Assembly (NCBI GenBank): GCA_965198235.1
Contig: OZ240248.1
Location: forward strand, 2,208,001-2,272,000
Length of the DNA: 64,000 bases
Direction: 5' to 3'
From: Candidatus Poribacteria bacterium
GTDB taxonomy: Bacteria; Poribacteria; WGA-4E; WGA-3G
The notes under the pieces are model-generated. The model saw nothing but the letters and a program-made list of their open reading frames with translations, did no database searches and had not been told where the DNA came from. Shown piece by piece: positions 19,006-28,963 of this stretch. The stretch's first letter is position 1. Every line of letters begins with the position of its first letter. Position numbers and translations under genes: made by a program.

Positions 19006-20016
19006 ATGAAACGTGTACCTTTTCAAACTTTACAAGGCGAATTTTATCGTGCGCTTGCAGCAATTGGATTTAGCGACGAGCGAGGGATGCTATGTGCACG
19101 GCTATTTGCCGAAAATCAACGCGATGGTGTATATTCGCATGGACTCAATCGTTTCTCTGGATTCGTTGCTGGACTGGAGAACAAACAGATCGATTTCCGG
19201 GCGCAGCCAGAGAAAATTGAAGGTTTCGGTGCGTTAGAACGCTGGGATGGCAAGATGGGGGTAGGGCTTGTCAACGCGCATTTCTGTATGCAACGGGCAA
19301 TGGAACTTGCGGAAGTACACGGCATCGGGTGCGTTGGACTTTCAAACACGAACCACTGGATGCGTGGCGGTGCCTACGCTCTACAAGCCGCGGAAGCCGG
19401 ATACATCGGGATATGTTGGACGAATACAACTCGACTTATGCCACCGTGGGGTTCTGCGGAAAAAAAGATCGGGAACAATCCGATGGCGATTGGCATTCCG
19501 AGAGAAGACGGACACATTCTCCTGGATATGGCGATGAGCCAATACTCAAACGGGAAATTGGAAGTGCTGCAGCTGCAAGGGAAGCAATTGCCGTTACCGG
19601 GTGGGTACGACACCAACGGAGAACTAACGGTTGAACCGGGGGAGATTCTTGATTCTGCAAGGGCACTTCCCATCGGCTATTGGAAAGGGTCGGGCTTGGC
19701 ACTGGTGCTCGACACAATGGCATCCGTTATTTCCGGTGGACAAGCTACACACGAAATCGGAAAGCAGGGCTCGGAATACGCCGTTTCTCAGGTGTATATT
19801 GCTATTAACGCTACCGGAATGATGGGACAAGCGGCGTTGGACGAAACGGTCGCAGCGATTGTTGACGACTTCCGGACGGCTGTCCCTTTAGACGAAAATG
19901 AGCGCGTGAGGTATCCGGGGGAAGGTATGCTGCGGACACGGCAGGAAAGTCTTGAAAAAGGGGTCCTTGTGGATGAGGTACAGTGGCAGGCGTTAGTAGA
20001 GATGACCGTCACTTAA
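19006..20016 (+). CDS. yiaK: 3-dehydro-L-gulonate 2-dehydrogenase / 2,3-diketo-L-gulonate reductase (Ldh_2 family)
   Basis: 'DGVYSHGLNRF', 'NTNHWMRGG', 'ICWTNT', 'MPPWG', 'DMAMSQYS', 'PIGYWKGSGL'. Confidence 0.88.
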   Translation: MKRVPFQTLQGEFYRALAAIGFSDERGMLCARLFAENQRDGVYSHGLNRFSGFVAGLENKQIDFRAQPEKIEGFGALERWDGKMGVGLVNAHFCMQRAMELAEVHGIGCVGLSNTNHWMRGGAYALQAAEAGYIGICWTNTTRLMPPWGSAEKKIGNNPMAIGIPREDGHILLDMAMSQYSNGKLEVLQLQGKQLPLPGGYDTNGELTVEPGEILDSARALPIGYWKGSGLALVLDTMASVISGGQATHEIGKQGSEYAVSQVYIAINATGMMGQAALDETVAAIVDDFRTAVPLDENERVRYPGEGMLRTRQESLEKGVLVDEVQWQALVEMTVT

Positions 20017-20032
20017 AGTTAGTCCCAGGTGC

Positions 20033-20122
20033 GTAGCTTGGAACGAAGTGGAAAGCGGATATACGTAAAGGAACATTCAAACACAAACCTACCTGACCGA
20101 ACCGCAAGGAAAATTAAAAAAA
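20033..20122 (+). repeat. Dispersed GTAG-hairpin repeat, subfamily A
   Basis: GTAGCTTGGAACGAAGTGGAAAGC...CCTGACCGAACCGCAAGGAAAATTAAAAA, homologous to 5455-5544. Confidence 0.85.
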
Positions 20123-20132
20123 TATTTTTGGC

Positions 20133-20160
20133 TTGCACTCTTTTTGTATCGGCGTATAAT
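20133..20160 (+). promoter_or_regulatory. Sigma70-type promoter
   Basis: TTGCAC-16 nt-TATAAT. Confidence 0.5.
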
Positions 20161-20230
20161 ACATCTTAATACGAAATCTGCAAACTATACCCTAAGCAAC
20201 CACGCATAAACTGAATTTGGGAGATAACTC

Positions 20231-21355
20231 ATGACATTACGGGCGGGGATTGTCGGTTGTGGCGGAATTAGCCGGAGCCACGCGGGCGCGCACGCGAACT
20301 TGGAAGGGATTGATCTCGTCGCGATGTGCGACATCAATCGCGATGCGCTCAACAACCGTGCCGACGAATACGGTGTCTCAAACCGATATACCGATTACGA
20401 AGAGATGTTCGCACGCGAGAAACTCGATATCGTGAGTGTGTGTACACACGCACCGTTACACGCTCCGATAGCAATTGCTGCCGCAAAAGCAGGCATCCAC
20501 GTTTTATGTGAGAAGCCGTTATCTGTTGATTTGGAAACAGCGGATCAAATGTTCACAGCGTGTCGTGAGGCAGGTGTGCACTTGGCGGTCAGTCATCAGT
20601 TCCGATTTACACCACTCTTTCGGCACGCGAAATCTCTGGTCGATGCGGGTAAAATCGGTGAACTCCGTTCAATTCGAGAAGTCGGCAAAGGACGTGAAGC
20701 GGGATTCGAGTTGATGGAAATGGGTGTACACTATTTTGACGAGATGGATTTCTTCTTAGACGGCATCTCTTGGATTCAGGCACATATCACATATCAGGGG
20801 CACGATGTGACAGAGAGCGACATTATGCACAGCAGTGAGTTGTGCAAAACCGACCGGCGCGACAATGGCATCGTCGCGGGAGATACGATGCTCGTGCATA
20901 TCGGCGGTGGGAACAGTGCCTACGGCATTATGGAACTTTACTGTCGCGAACCCAGACACGGTTGGATGATGGGACCGCATCTGCTCGGTTCAGAGGGGCA
21001 ATTGATGGTAAAACCGCACCCAGACACCGGTATAGATGAAATGTGGTACTGTCCCTTTGATGTCTCTTTTGCGGCACATACACCCGCATGGGAACAGATA
21101 GAACTTGACGCATCAGCGTTTCTAATCTCTGGTAAAGCGTGGCAGTCGCGCCACACTATCTGGAGTGCGAAAAATATACGAGATGCAATTCTTAACGAAA
21201 ACCAACCAGAGCTCGGTGGACGCAACGCGCTTACATCCCTTGAGTGTGTCAGTGCAACCTACGTCTCCCATTTCAGTGGGCAAAAGGTGCAACTGCCGTT
21301 AGAGGAGCGGAGTCATCCGCTTGTGAAACGTCTTAACAGAGGAGCAAATAACTGA
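20231..21355 (+). CDS. Gfo/Idh/MocA family oxidoreductase
   Basis: 'GIVGCGGI', 'HVLCEKP'. Confidence 0.9.
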   Translation: MTLRAGIVGCGGISRSHAGAHANLEGIDLVAMCDINRDALNNRADEYGVSNRYTDYEEMFAREKLDIVSVCTHAPLHAPIAIAAAKAGIHVLCEKPLSVDLETADQMFTACREAGVHLAVSHQFRFTPLFRHAKSLVDAGKIGELRSIREVGKGREAGFELMEMGVHYFDEMDFFLDGISWIQAHITYQGHDVTESDIMHSSELCKTDRRDNGIVAGDTMLVHIGGGNSAYGIMELYCREPRHGWMMGPHLLGSEGQLMVKPHPDTGIDEMWYCPFDVSFAAHTPAWEQIELDASAFLISGKAWQSRHTIWSAKNIRDAILNENQPELGGRNALTSLECVSATYVSHFSGQKVQLPLEERSHPLVKRLNRGANN

Positions 21356-22204
21356 ATGAAACTTGCATTCTTTAATGATTACCAACTCGGTGTAATAACA
21401 GAAGATGGGATCGTTGACATCAGCGGTGCACTCAGTAGCGTTTCGTATCGGACACCGCAAGAACTGATACGAACGGTGATTGAGGACTTTGATAATCTGC
21501 GTCCGACAATAGAGGGCGCGGTTGAAAACGGCACTGCCATCGCTTTGGACAGCGTCAGCTTTAAAGCACCGGTCCCGCGTCCCGGACAACTCGTCTGCCT
21601 TGCAGGCAATTACATTGAACCGGATAGTCCGTCGCGAGAGGATTTCAATGCCTTTCTGAAGTCGCCGACCGGTATCATTGCCACGAAGGGGAGGGTGGAA
21701 CTTCCAGAAGCGGACGTGACCGTGTTTCACTTTGAACCGGAATTAGCGATTGTGATTGGTAAAACGGCGAAGCATCTATCCGAAGATAACGCCTTAGACT
21801 GTGTCTTTGGTTACACGCAATTTATTGATGTTTCTGCGCGGGGATTGCCTGGCGGTTTCTTCTTAGGAAAAAGTTGGCACACGTTTGCACCGATGGGTCC
21901 AGCGATCGTTACTGCTGACGAAGTGGGTGACGGGAACGCACTCGGCGTGCAACTCTGGATTAACGACGGTCTCCAGCACGATTTCTCTACAAATTCCATG
22001 GCACGCTTTATCCCCGAATTGCTCGCAGAGGTGACCAATGTGGTAACGCTTGAACCGGGCGATGTTGTATCGACGGGGACGCACCATGAGGCACTCACCG
22101 CTATTGGAGACGGAGACACGGTAAAATTATCAGTAGAAAGTTTCGGTCCAGAGTTAAGCGTTAGCGTGAGCGACCCATTAAAGCGGACGACTTGGCGCGG
22201 TTAG
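21356..22204 (+). CDS. Fumarylacetoacetate hydrolase family protein
   Basis: 'HFEPELAIVIG', 'DVSAR', 'GKSWHTFAPMGP', 'LEPGDVVSTGT'. Directly abuts the upstream stop codon. Confidence 0.9.
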   Translation: MKLAFFNDYQLGVITEDGIVDISGALSSVSYRTPQELIRTVIEDFDNLRPTIEGAVENGTAIALDSVSFKAPVPRPGQLVCLAGNYIEPDSPSREDFNAFLKSPTGIIATKGRVELPEADVTVFHFEPELAIVIGKTAKHLSEDNALDCVFGYTQFIDVSARGLPGGFFLGKSWHTFAPMGPAIVTADEVGDGNALGVQLWINDGLQHDFSTNSMARFIPELLAEVTNVVTLEPGDVVSTGTHHEALTAIGDGDTVKLSVESFGPELSVSVSDPLKRTTWRG

Positions 22205-22250
22205 GATATTTGTAGCTCAGGTTTTTGTTCGCGATCTGTGCAAAAAAGTG

Positions 22251-22280
22251 TTGACAACTGTTTCAATTTATGTGTATAAT
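22251..22280 (+). promoter_or_regulatory. Consensus sigma70 promoter
   Basis: TTGACA-18 nt-TATAAT with an extended TG. Confidence 0.75.
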
Positions 22281-22429
22281 AGTTCAAGGCGTAATTTAGA
22301 GACTTCCCTCTAATCCACGAAATTCTTCTTTTAATAGCAAGTTTTGGCTTGCGAACTGTGCCACTTTTAACAGTAAGATTTGGAACGGTCCGGAATGAGA
22401 ACCTTTCTGACCATAAGGAGACTGAATTA

Positions 22430-23356
22430 ATGAAAAAACCCAGAAACATAGCCGTGCTCGCTGTCCTCACGATTGTCTGCGCGTGGATGGCAGGATGTGC
22501 TGGCTGTAATCCAGAACCGTTACCCAGCGGAATGGGTCCTACAGAGGGACCTGAAACCGGCGGGACGACTGTCCAGATTACTGGCGAAAAATTTGATATG
22601 AAAAACGGCGTAACCGTGACGTTCGGTGGGAAAAATGCGCAAAGTGTAACTGTCCCAAGTGAAATGCAAATCACGGCAGTGACTCCCGGCGGCATGGCGG
22701 GAGAATCTGTGTCCGTCGTCGTTACGAATAAAGGAAAACCTGAAGTACCGGTCACGCTTTCACAGAAATTTACTTACACCGACGCGACCCCGCCGACAGT
22801 GACAATGAATGAACCTGTAGATGGCACAGTCATCTCTGAGTACGAGGATTCGCTGAATGTAATGAATAGTCTATCGGTTTCGTTCAGTGAACCGATTGAC
22901 AGCAATAGCGTCTCTGTGGATGTGGCAGTCACGAAAACGGAAGATTCAATGAGTGAACCGATGAACGGAATGCTGTCAGGTACAGTGAGCGGAAGCGGCG
23001 ATTCGGTGACGTTTACATCCGATATGCCGATGCGCGCAGGACGTATGTACACCGTGACTGTCTCCGGTGCCACCGATATGGCAGGCAATGCCCTCGCAAG
23101 TTCACACAGTTTCAGTTTCAGCATCACCAATCCTGAGGTACTTTACAAGTACCATGTGCGGGAAGAGGATATTCAGGAAGAAAATGGCGAAGCGGCACTC
23201 AAGCGAATCGCCGCGCGTCCTGAGATTTTCGATGATGCAGAGATGTGGAAGCGATTAGTTGCCGCGAATCAGGACGATTATATCTTTGATCGGAGCAAAC
23301 TGAGTGTGGGACAACTGTTATTGATTCCACGTGGCCGTGCTTGGGGCGATAAATAG
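22430..23356 (+). CDS. Lipoprotein with IPT/TIG, Ig-like (Big_5) and LysM-like domains
   Basis: Lipobox-like 'MAGC'. TIG 'PTEGPETGGTTVQITGEKF'. 'DATPPTV...FSEPID...ATDMAGNAL'. C-terminal 'YHVRE...LSVGQLLLIP'. Confidence 0.8.
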   Translation: MKKPRNIAVLAVLTIVCAWMAGCAGCNPEPLPSGMGPTEGPETGGTTVQITGEKFDMKNGVTVTFGGKNAQSVTVPSEMQITAVTPGGMAGESVSVVVTNKGKPEVPVTLSQKFTYTDATPPTVTMNEPVDGTVISEYEDSLNVMNSLSVSFSEPIDSNSVSVDVAVTKTEDSMSEPMNGMLSGTVSGSGDSVTFTSDMPMRAGRMYTVTVSGATDMAGNALASSHSFSFSITNPEVLYKYHVREEDIQEENGEAALKRIAARPEIFDDAEMWKRLVAANQDDYIFDRSKLSVGQLLLIPRGRAWGDK

Positions 23357-23379
23357 GCAAGAATTCATAACGAAGATCG

Positions 23380-23410
23380 AAAAGCCGTGTACCCGCTACA
23401 CGGCTTTTTT
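23380..23410 (+). terminator. Rho-independent terminator
   Basis: AAAAGCCGTGTA-CCCGC-TACACGGCTTTT followed by further T. Confidence 0.85.
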
Positions 23411-23430
23411 GTTTATCAACAGAGGAAATC

Positions 23431-25191
23431 ATGTTTGGTCCGCAAAGAAATTTTGAGAATCGTATCGTCGAATACCGAAGCAATGTAGTGGGTATCAAGC
23501 ATCTTCACCGATTAAATCCACCGCTTACGAACCTATCGCGACCGCAGCCGAATCAACCGATTGGCATTTACGTGACAACGTCTGGTGGTGTCGCCTACGA
23601 TTCGGTTCGCTGTTGGGTGGATGCAGATGATGAGGAATCTACGTTTGAACTCGTGTCGAGTGGTTCGGTATGGGACGCACTTGAATGGCGATATGTGCAC
23701 CACTGGCAGGGACAGATCCCACCACAACCGAACGGCACGACAGTGCGTTACCGGATCGGCGGGCGCGTTACCGGTTCAAATAGATGGATTTTTGCGGATA
23801 ACCAAGCGCGGGTGTTATCCGAATCAACCGAATTCGCCATCTCTATTGACGACTACGACGTGCCGAAGTGGGTCCGCGATGCCGTTATCTATCACATCTT
23901 CCTGGATCGATTCTATCCAGGGGACGGTGTGCCGTGGAAGAAACCGACAAACCTCTCTGGGTTTTTCGGTGGAACGCTCCGCGGGGCAATTCAAAAGCTT
24001 GACTACATTCAATCACTTGGATGCAATGCAGTGTGGCTCTCCCCTCTCTTTGCAAGCCCGTCTCACCACGGCTACGATGGGACAGATTATTACACCGTTG
24101 AACCTCGATTCGGCACAAACGCGGAACTGATAGAGCTCATCGAAAAGGCGCATCAGCGTGGTATGCGGATTATTCTCGATTTTGTTGCCAACCACTGGTC
24201 CAACCAGCATCCAACGTTTCAAGCGGCGCAACATGACCCAGACAGCGAGTATCGAGCGTGGTACACATGGCAGCGCTGGCCCGATGAATACACAAGTTTC
24301 TTCGGTGTAAAGGGGATGCCACAGCTGAACTTAAAACACAAACCGACGAGCGATTATTTGTTAAGGTGTGTACAGCATTGGCTGCGTAAAGGTGTTGATG
24401 GCTACCGACTTGACTATGCTCCGGGTCCGCCACGGACCTTCTGGGCAGATTTCCGCCAAGCATGTAAAGCCGTGAACCCTGACGCTCTTCTGTTTGGGGA
24501 GGTCGTAAGTCATTCGGAAGTGATCGCGTCCTATATTCCACATTTTGATGGATGCCTTGATTTTCTACTTGCAGATGCGCTCCGGCGAACCTTTGTCCTT
24601 GAAACTTCGACACCGCTGGAATTTGAAGCGTTTTTAGCAGCGCATGAAATGTACTTCCCAAAGGATTTCTCGCTTCCAGCATTTCTGGATAACCACGATA
24701 TGACCCGAATTCTCTATTTGGCGGGAGAGGATAAGGCGAAAGTCAGGTTGGCGGCGTTGGTGCTGTTCACACTCTCCGCACCACCTGTGATTTACAACGG
24801 AACTGAGGTGGGAGTTTCACAAAGAAACCCACTTGGGCGTTTCGAGGAGGCGCGATTACCGATGCCGTGGGGGGATGAAGCAGACGAAAGCTTGTTGGAC
24901 TATTTCCGACGTTTGGGAGCGTTACGGAAGCAGTTTTCGGTGCTTGCTTCTGGTAGACGAAAAGTTGTTCATCTGAACCTTCAAAAGAGGACTTATGCAT
25001 ATCTGCGCACTTCAAAAACGGATTCTATCCTAATCGCATTGAATACGAGTCGACGTTCTCAAACAATCGATGTTCCGATTTCGTCGTTTCAAACTTCTGT
25101 GGGAGACCTACTCAATGGAAACCGGGTGACAGTATCAGGGGATTCCGTAAGCGTTTCACTTCCAGCACAAAGTGGAGCGTTTATCGCCTGA
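23431..25191 (+). CDS. GH13 alpha-amylase family (neopullulanase/cyclomaltodextrinase-like)
   Basis: 'IYHIFLDRF', 'HGYD', 'DFVANH', catalytic 'GYRLD', 'FGE', 'FLDNHD'. Confidence 0.9.
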   Translation: MFGPQRNFENRIVEYRSNVVGIKHLHRLNPPLTNLSRPQPNQPIGIYVTTSGGVAYDSVRCWVDADDEESTFELVSSGSVWDALEWRYVHHWQGQIPPQPNGTTVRYRIGGRVTGSNRWIFADNQARVLSESTEFAISIDDYDVPKWVRDAVIYHIFLDRFYPGDGVPWKKPTNLSGFFGGTLRGAIQKLDYIQSLGCNAVWLSPLFASPSHHGYDGTDYYTVEPRFGTNAELIELIEKAHQRGMRIILDFVANHWSNQHPTFQAAQHDPDSEYRAWYTWQRWPDEYTSFFGVKGMPQLNLKHKPTSDYLLRCVQHWLRKGVDGYRLDYAPGPPRTFWADFRQACKAVNPDALLFGEVVSHSEVIASYIPHFDGCLDFLLADALRRTFVLETSTPLEFEAFLAAHEMYFPKDFSLPAFLDNHDMTRILYLAGEDKAKVRLAALVLFTLSAPPVIYNGTEVGVSQRNPLGRFEEARLPMPWGDEADESLLDYFRRLGALRKQFSVLASGRRKVVHLNLQKRTYAYLRTSKTDSILIALNTSRRSQTIDVPISSFQTSVGDLLNGNRVTVSGDSVSVSLPAQSGAFIA

Positions 25192-25275
25192 GATGTAGAG
25201 TAAAAAAGAAGAAGGGAACCGACAACCATGGAATGTTGTTCTCGATTCCCTTCTTATAGGTGTTATGAGATGTGA

Positions 25276-26087
25276 CTATTGAACATCCCCGCCATTGGCA
25301 TCGGCACCGTTCGTGCCACCGTTAGCATCAGCACCATTGTCATCGGCACCATTGCCAGTATCAGCATCACCGGCATCAGCATCACCGGTTCCGGCATCGC
25401 CAGTATCACCGGCATCAGTGTCGGGCATATCTGGCATATCTGGTGTTTCACCAGTATCGGCATCGGGCATATCTGGCATATCTGGTTCTTTATCCATGGA
25501 TAGTGATACGAAGACGCTGTCATTATCGGCTTTGGCGTGGCAGCCGTGGCAACCCATGCTCTTCTCTAAGCTGCCGCCACCGACCATCATGTACTCGTCC
25601 GATTCAGATGCCCGGGCATACTTAACATACATCCAACCATTGTGGTCGGCGTACATCGGATCGTCGGTTTTCGTCATCAGTGCTTTCTTCTGGACAAAGG
25701 TGTTGGCATCATCCATAATTGTCTTGACGATCATGGTCCCGGCGGGATAAGCTGTGCCTTCCATGTTCGCCATGGCACCGATATCATTGATATAGGCGGT
25801 GCGAGTTCCTTCGCCGTGTGCGGCACCGGTTCCCCCAGGGTTCATGGCAGCAGCAGCTTCTGCTACGGTCATCGTCGGTGCTGGAAGTTCAACGCTCGCC
25901 CAAGACATGTACATTGTCGAGTCCATCATATCCGTCATCATTTTCATCATATCGTCAGCAGCCATCATGCCATCGGTAGCCATCATGTCATCGGCGACAG
26001 GTGCCAACATTTTCTGTCCTCTTTCACAGGATACGAAGGCGACAGAAGCGATTAGATCGCAATCAAGGCTATCTGAACTTTTAACAT
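25276..26087 (-). pseudogene. Cytochrome P460-like c-type heme lipoprotein, frameshifted in the signal peptide
   Basis: AGGAG RBS and ATG at 26087 give MLKVQIALIAI* (TAA at 26054-26052). Adding one base restores ...ILIASVAFVSC, matching the paralog at 26787. 'YPAGTMIVK', 'NGWMY', 'CHGCH'; acidic repeat tail. Confidence 0.7.
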
Positions 26088-26334
26088 TATTAAAACTCCT
26101 TATTCTGTTAGAGTGAAGATCGAAGAAGAGTTGTAGGCTTTTAAGCGACAAAACCCATCCACTTCATTGTGGTACTCTTCGAGATCACATGCTACATAAC
26201 TTCACTTTAAATGATACAATATTTCCGCTTTAATTTTCAAGAGAAATACAACGTAGAGGATCGCTGTTCGGAGATTGACCCTACCGTAATGTAAGTTTTA
26301 TATAAAGATTTGGTCCTTGTGGATTGGAGAACAA

Positions 26335-26378
26335 AAAGGAATCAATAACTACAAAATGCGGTTACTAATTCCTTTTTA
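26335..26378 (-). terminator. Probable terminator hairpin
   Basis: AAAAAGGAAT...ATTCCTTTTT imperfect inverted repeat downstream of the Met-rich gene. Confidence 0.5.
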
Positions 26379-26400
26379 GAGATGTTATGAAATGGAACTA

Positions 26401-26787
26401 TTAGGCATCGCCATTCATGTCTTCTTCCATCATGTCTTCTTCCATCATGTCTTCTTCCATCATGTCGTCGTCCATCATGCCGTCGTCCATCATGTCTTCT
26501 TCCATCATGTCTTCTTCCATCATGTCGTCGTCCATCATGCCGTCGTCCATCATGTCGTCGTCCATCATGCCGTCGTCCATCATGTCGTCGTCCATCATGC
26601 CGTCGTCCATCATGTCGTCGTCCATCATGCCATCATCTGTCATCATGCCGTCGTCCATCATTTCCGAGCCGCTGCCGTCCATCATGTCATCCGTAACCGG
26701 TGTCATGATCTGCTGAGCTCTCTCGCAAGATACAAAGGCAAAACAACAAACCAAAATGGCGATTAAAATCATCTGAAACTTTAGCAT
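26401..26787 (-). CDS. Met/Asp/Glu-rich repeat lipoprotein
   Basis: AAGGAG RBS, signal peptide ending 'FVSC', then about 16 MM(D/E)(D/E)(D/G) units. Confidence 0.85.
   Translation of the reverse strand: MLKFQMILIAILVCCFAFVSCERAQQIMTPVTDDMMDGSGSEMMDDGMMTDDGMMDDDMMDDGMMDDDMMDDGMMDDDMMDDGMMDDDMMEEDMMEEDMMDDGMMDDDMMEEDMMEEDMMEEDMNGDA
26416..26661 (-). repeat. 15-bp coding tandem repeat
   Basis: CATCATG(T/C)C(G/T)TC(G/T)TC units on the + strand, about 16 copies. Confidence 0.95.
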
Positions 26788-27018
26788 TGTTAGTGCTCCT
26801 TATTTTTTATTCCAAAGTAGGAAGTTAAGAAGAGCCACATATCTCTTGGTAAGGTTTTAAAGCGATAAAGCCTGTTTACTTTAGCGCGGGACTCTCCAAA
26901 TCCATTAGTATAACCTAAGTTACTATCTAAGCGAAACAACTTAATCAATCATATTAAATCGCTTCATATCAGCCTTACAGATTAACATAATTGATTTTAA
27001 ATGCGCTAACACGTTTCA

Positions 27019-27046
27019 ATTATACATTACCCGACTTAGAAGTCAA
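27019..27046 (-). promoter_or_regulatory. Sigma70-type promoter of the Met-rich gene
   Basis: TTGACT-16 nt-TATAAT, about 230 nt upstream of the ATG at 26787. Confidence 0.5.
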
Positions 27047-27316
27047 GTTAAATCTATAGTAAAGGATGCCAAATTCGCTTGAAAAAATACAACTTACCTA
27101 AGTTTCGCTCTACATCAAAATCACCAGAAGTTGTAAGCACAGATTTCCTTAGGACTTTAAGGTAAAAGCATCCACTGATTTTCAAGCAAATTACCTTTGA
27201 ACATCTGTAATTCTTTAGGTGGCGATTTGGGTTACCATATAATTTTAGGAAATAATAGCATATCTTCATTTAATTTTCAGCAAAAAATGCAGAAGCGCGC
27301 TATATGGAAATTGCCT

Positions 27317-28959
27317 CTATGGGTTGGTTTTTAGAATTTCTGAGCGAATTCTCAGAATATAGGGGTGTTTAGGGGCTTGGGCAAAAGCAGTTCCAATTTC
27401 ACGGCGTGCATCGGGAATGCGGTTGAGACGGTAATAGACGAAAGCAAGTGTGGCACGATGTATCGGTTGATTGTCGCTTTTAACGGCGATCTCGGCAAGG
27501 GTAAGTGCCTCGGTAAGTGCTCTGTTTTCCGTGGCAAGTAGGGATGCTAATGCCTCTTTCGGAAATGGAACATCTGGCGCGAGTTGAATGGCTCGACGGA
27601 AATCGGTTTCTGCCATGCTGGATTCATTCTGTTTTTGGTAAATCTTTCCACGCCACAAATACCCTGGTGCCCATGTCGGTTCGTGTTGTATCCCCATTGT
27701 AAGCGCGTTTGCGGAAGCTTGTAAGTCTCCCGCTCTCTCGTGCAAGTTTGCGAGTTGAACGTAGGTATCCATAAAATCCGGTTCATGTTGGATAAGCGCG
27801 AGATAATGTGAAACCGCTGCCGTTTGGTTTCCGAGTTTGGCTTCTATCATACCGAGATGCAGAAGTGCCTGACGTGAATTATGCTCTATTGTGAGCACCC
27901 GTTGATACGATTGCTTTGCGTCTGCTAATTTTCCGAGTTGCATCTGAACATAGGCGCAGTCTTTCAACACAGGAATAAAAGTTTCATCTGCTTCAAATGC
28001 CTTTTGTAAGGGTGTTAAAGCATTCTGTGGCTGTCCTTTTTCAATGAACCAATGTGCTTGACGGCGGTAGCGTTCCGCCAGCGTGCGGCGATAACGCGCT
28101 TCGGCAACTTCGGCTTCTCCCTTGTTCCCTATATTACGGAGAACATCTGCGAGTGATTTGTGGAAAATAGGTTCGTCTGGGGCATGTCGGATGCACGTTC
28201 ATAGAAGCGTTGGGCGATGGCGAGTTGACCACGCCTTGCCCTAACCTCACCGCGTCCGAAAGCGGCACTTGCGAGCGTCCCGTCTTGGGTGAGTGCTTCC
28301 CGGAATACGGCATCTGCTTCGTCGATGCGGTCGAGTTTGAGAAGAACGTGTCCAAGGTTATTGTAGGCAGCGATCGTCTCTGGATGTAGTTGCACGGCGA
28401 CGATATAGTATCTGCGTGCCTGCTCTAAGTTTCCACGCTCGGTTTCAATCTGTCCCAAAGCGACATACCACGCCACTGGGGCATCTTCGCCTGCACCTTT
28501 GACGGCTTTTTGGAACCACGTGTCTGCTTCGTCAAGTTGTTTATTGCGATGATATACAGCAGCGAGTTTGGCTTGCACCGTAACCTGTAGGCGATATCTT
28601 GTAATATTGCCTTGGGGTTGTGTTGTGAGGAGTTGCAAGGCACGTTGGAAAGCAGTAATAGCGGTGGGATAGTCCTTCAGTTTTGCGGCGGCATCTCCCT
28701 CACCGATGTAGACAATCGGGAATTCGGGTGCCTTTTTGGCGAGGGCTTGATATAAACGGAGTGCCTCGTGCCACTCCTCCGCTTGAAACGCATGCTGTGC
28801 ATCTTTCAACTGCTTCTGGAACGCTTTCGGATAGTCCGTTATATCGTCTCCAGATGCCAACGCAGCGAGTATAAACAGAAGCGGGACGATGACAAAATAT
28901 CCCCATCCCACCCTGTTCTGTCTACCTGTAGCACGTCTTCGGAGCTGATTATACCGCAT
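27317..28959 (-). pseudogene. Exported TPR-repeat protein split by a 1-nt frameshift near 28191
   Basis: Adding one base at GCATCC joins the two TPR ORFs through an open frame: ...ERAIRHAPDEPIFHKSLADVL...ETFIPVLKDCAY. Confidence 0.8.
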
Positions 28960-28963
28960 CCGT

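Noticed and set aside
26416-26661. Possible CRISPR array
   Set aside because: Contiguous 15-bp in-frame units with no unique spacers and no cas genes.
26392-26766. His-rich (HHVVV)n and (MSSSI)n ORFs on the + strand
   Set aside because: They are antisense shadows of the Met-rich repeat. The minus-strand ORF has the RBS, signal peptide, lipobox and a paralog.
27054-27269. 71-aa ORF in the AT-rich spacer
   Set aside because: No RBS or motif, and atypical composition; probably non-coding.
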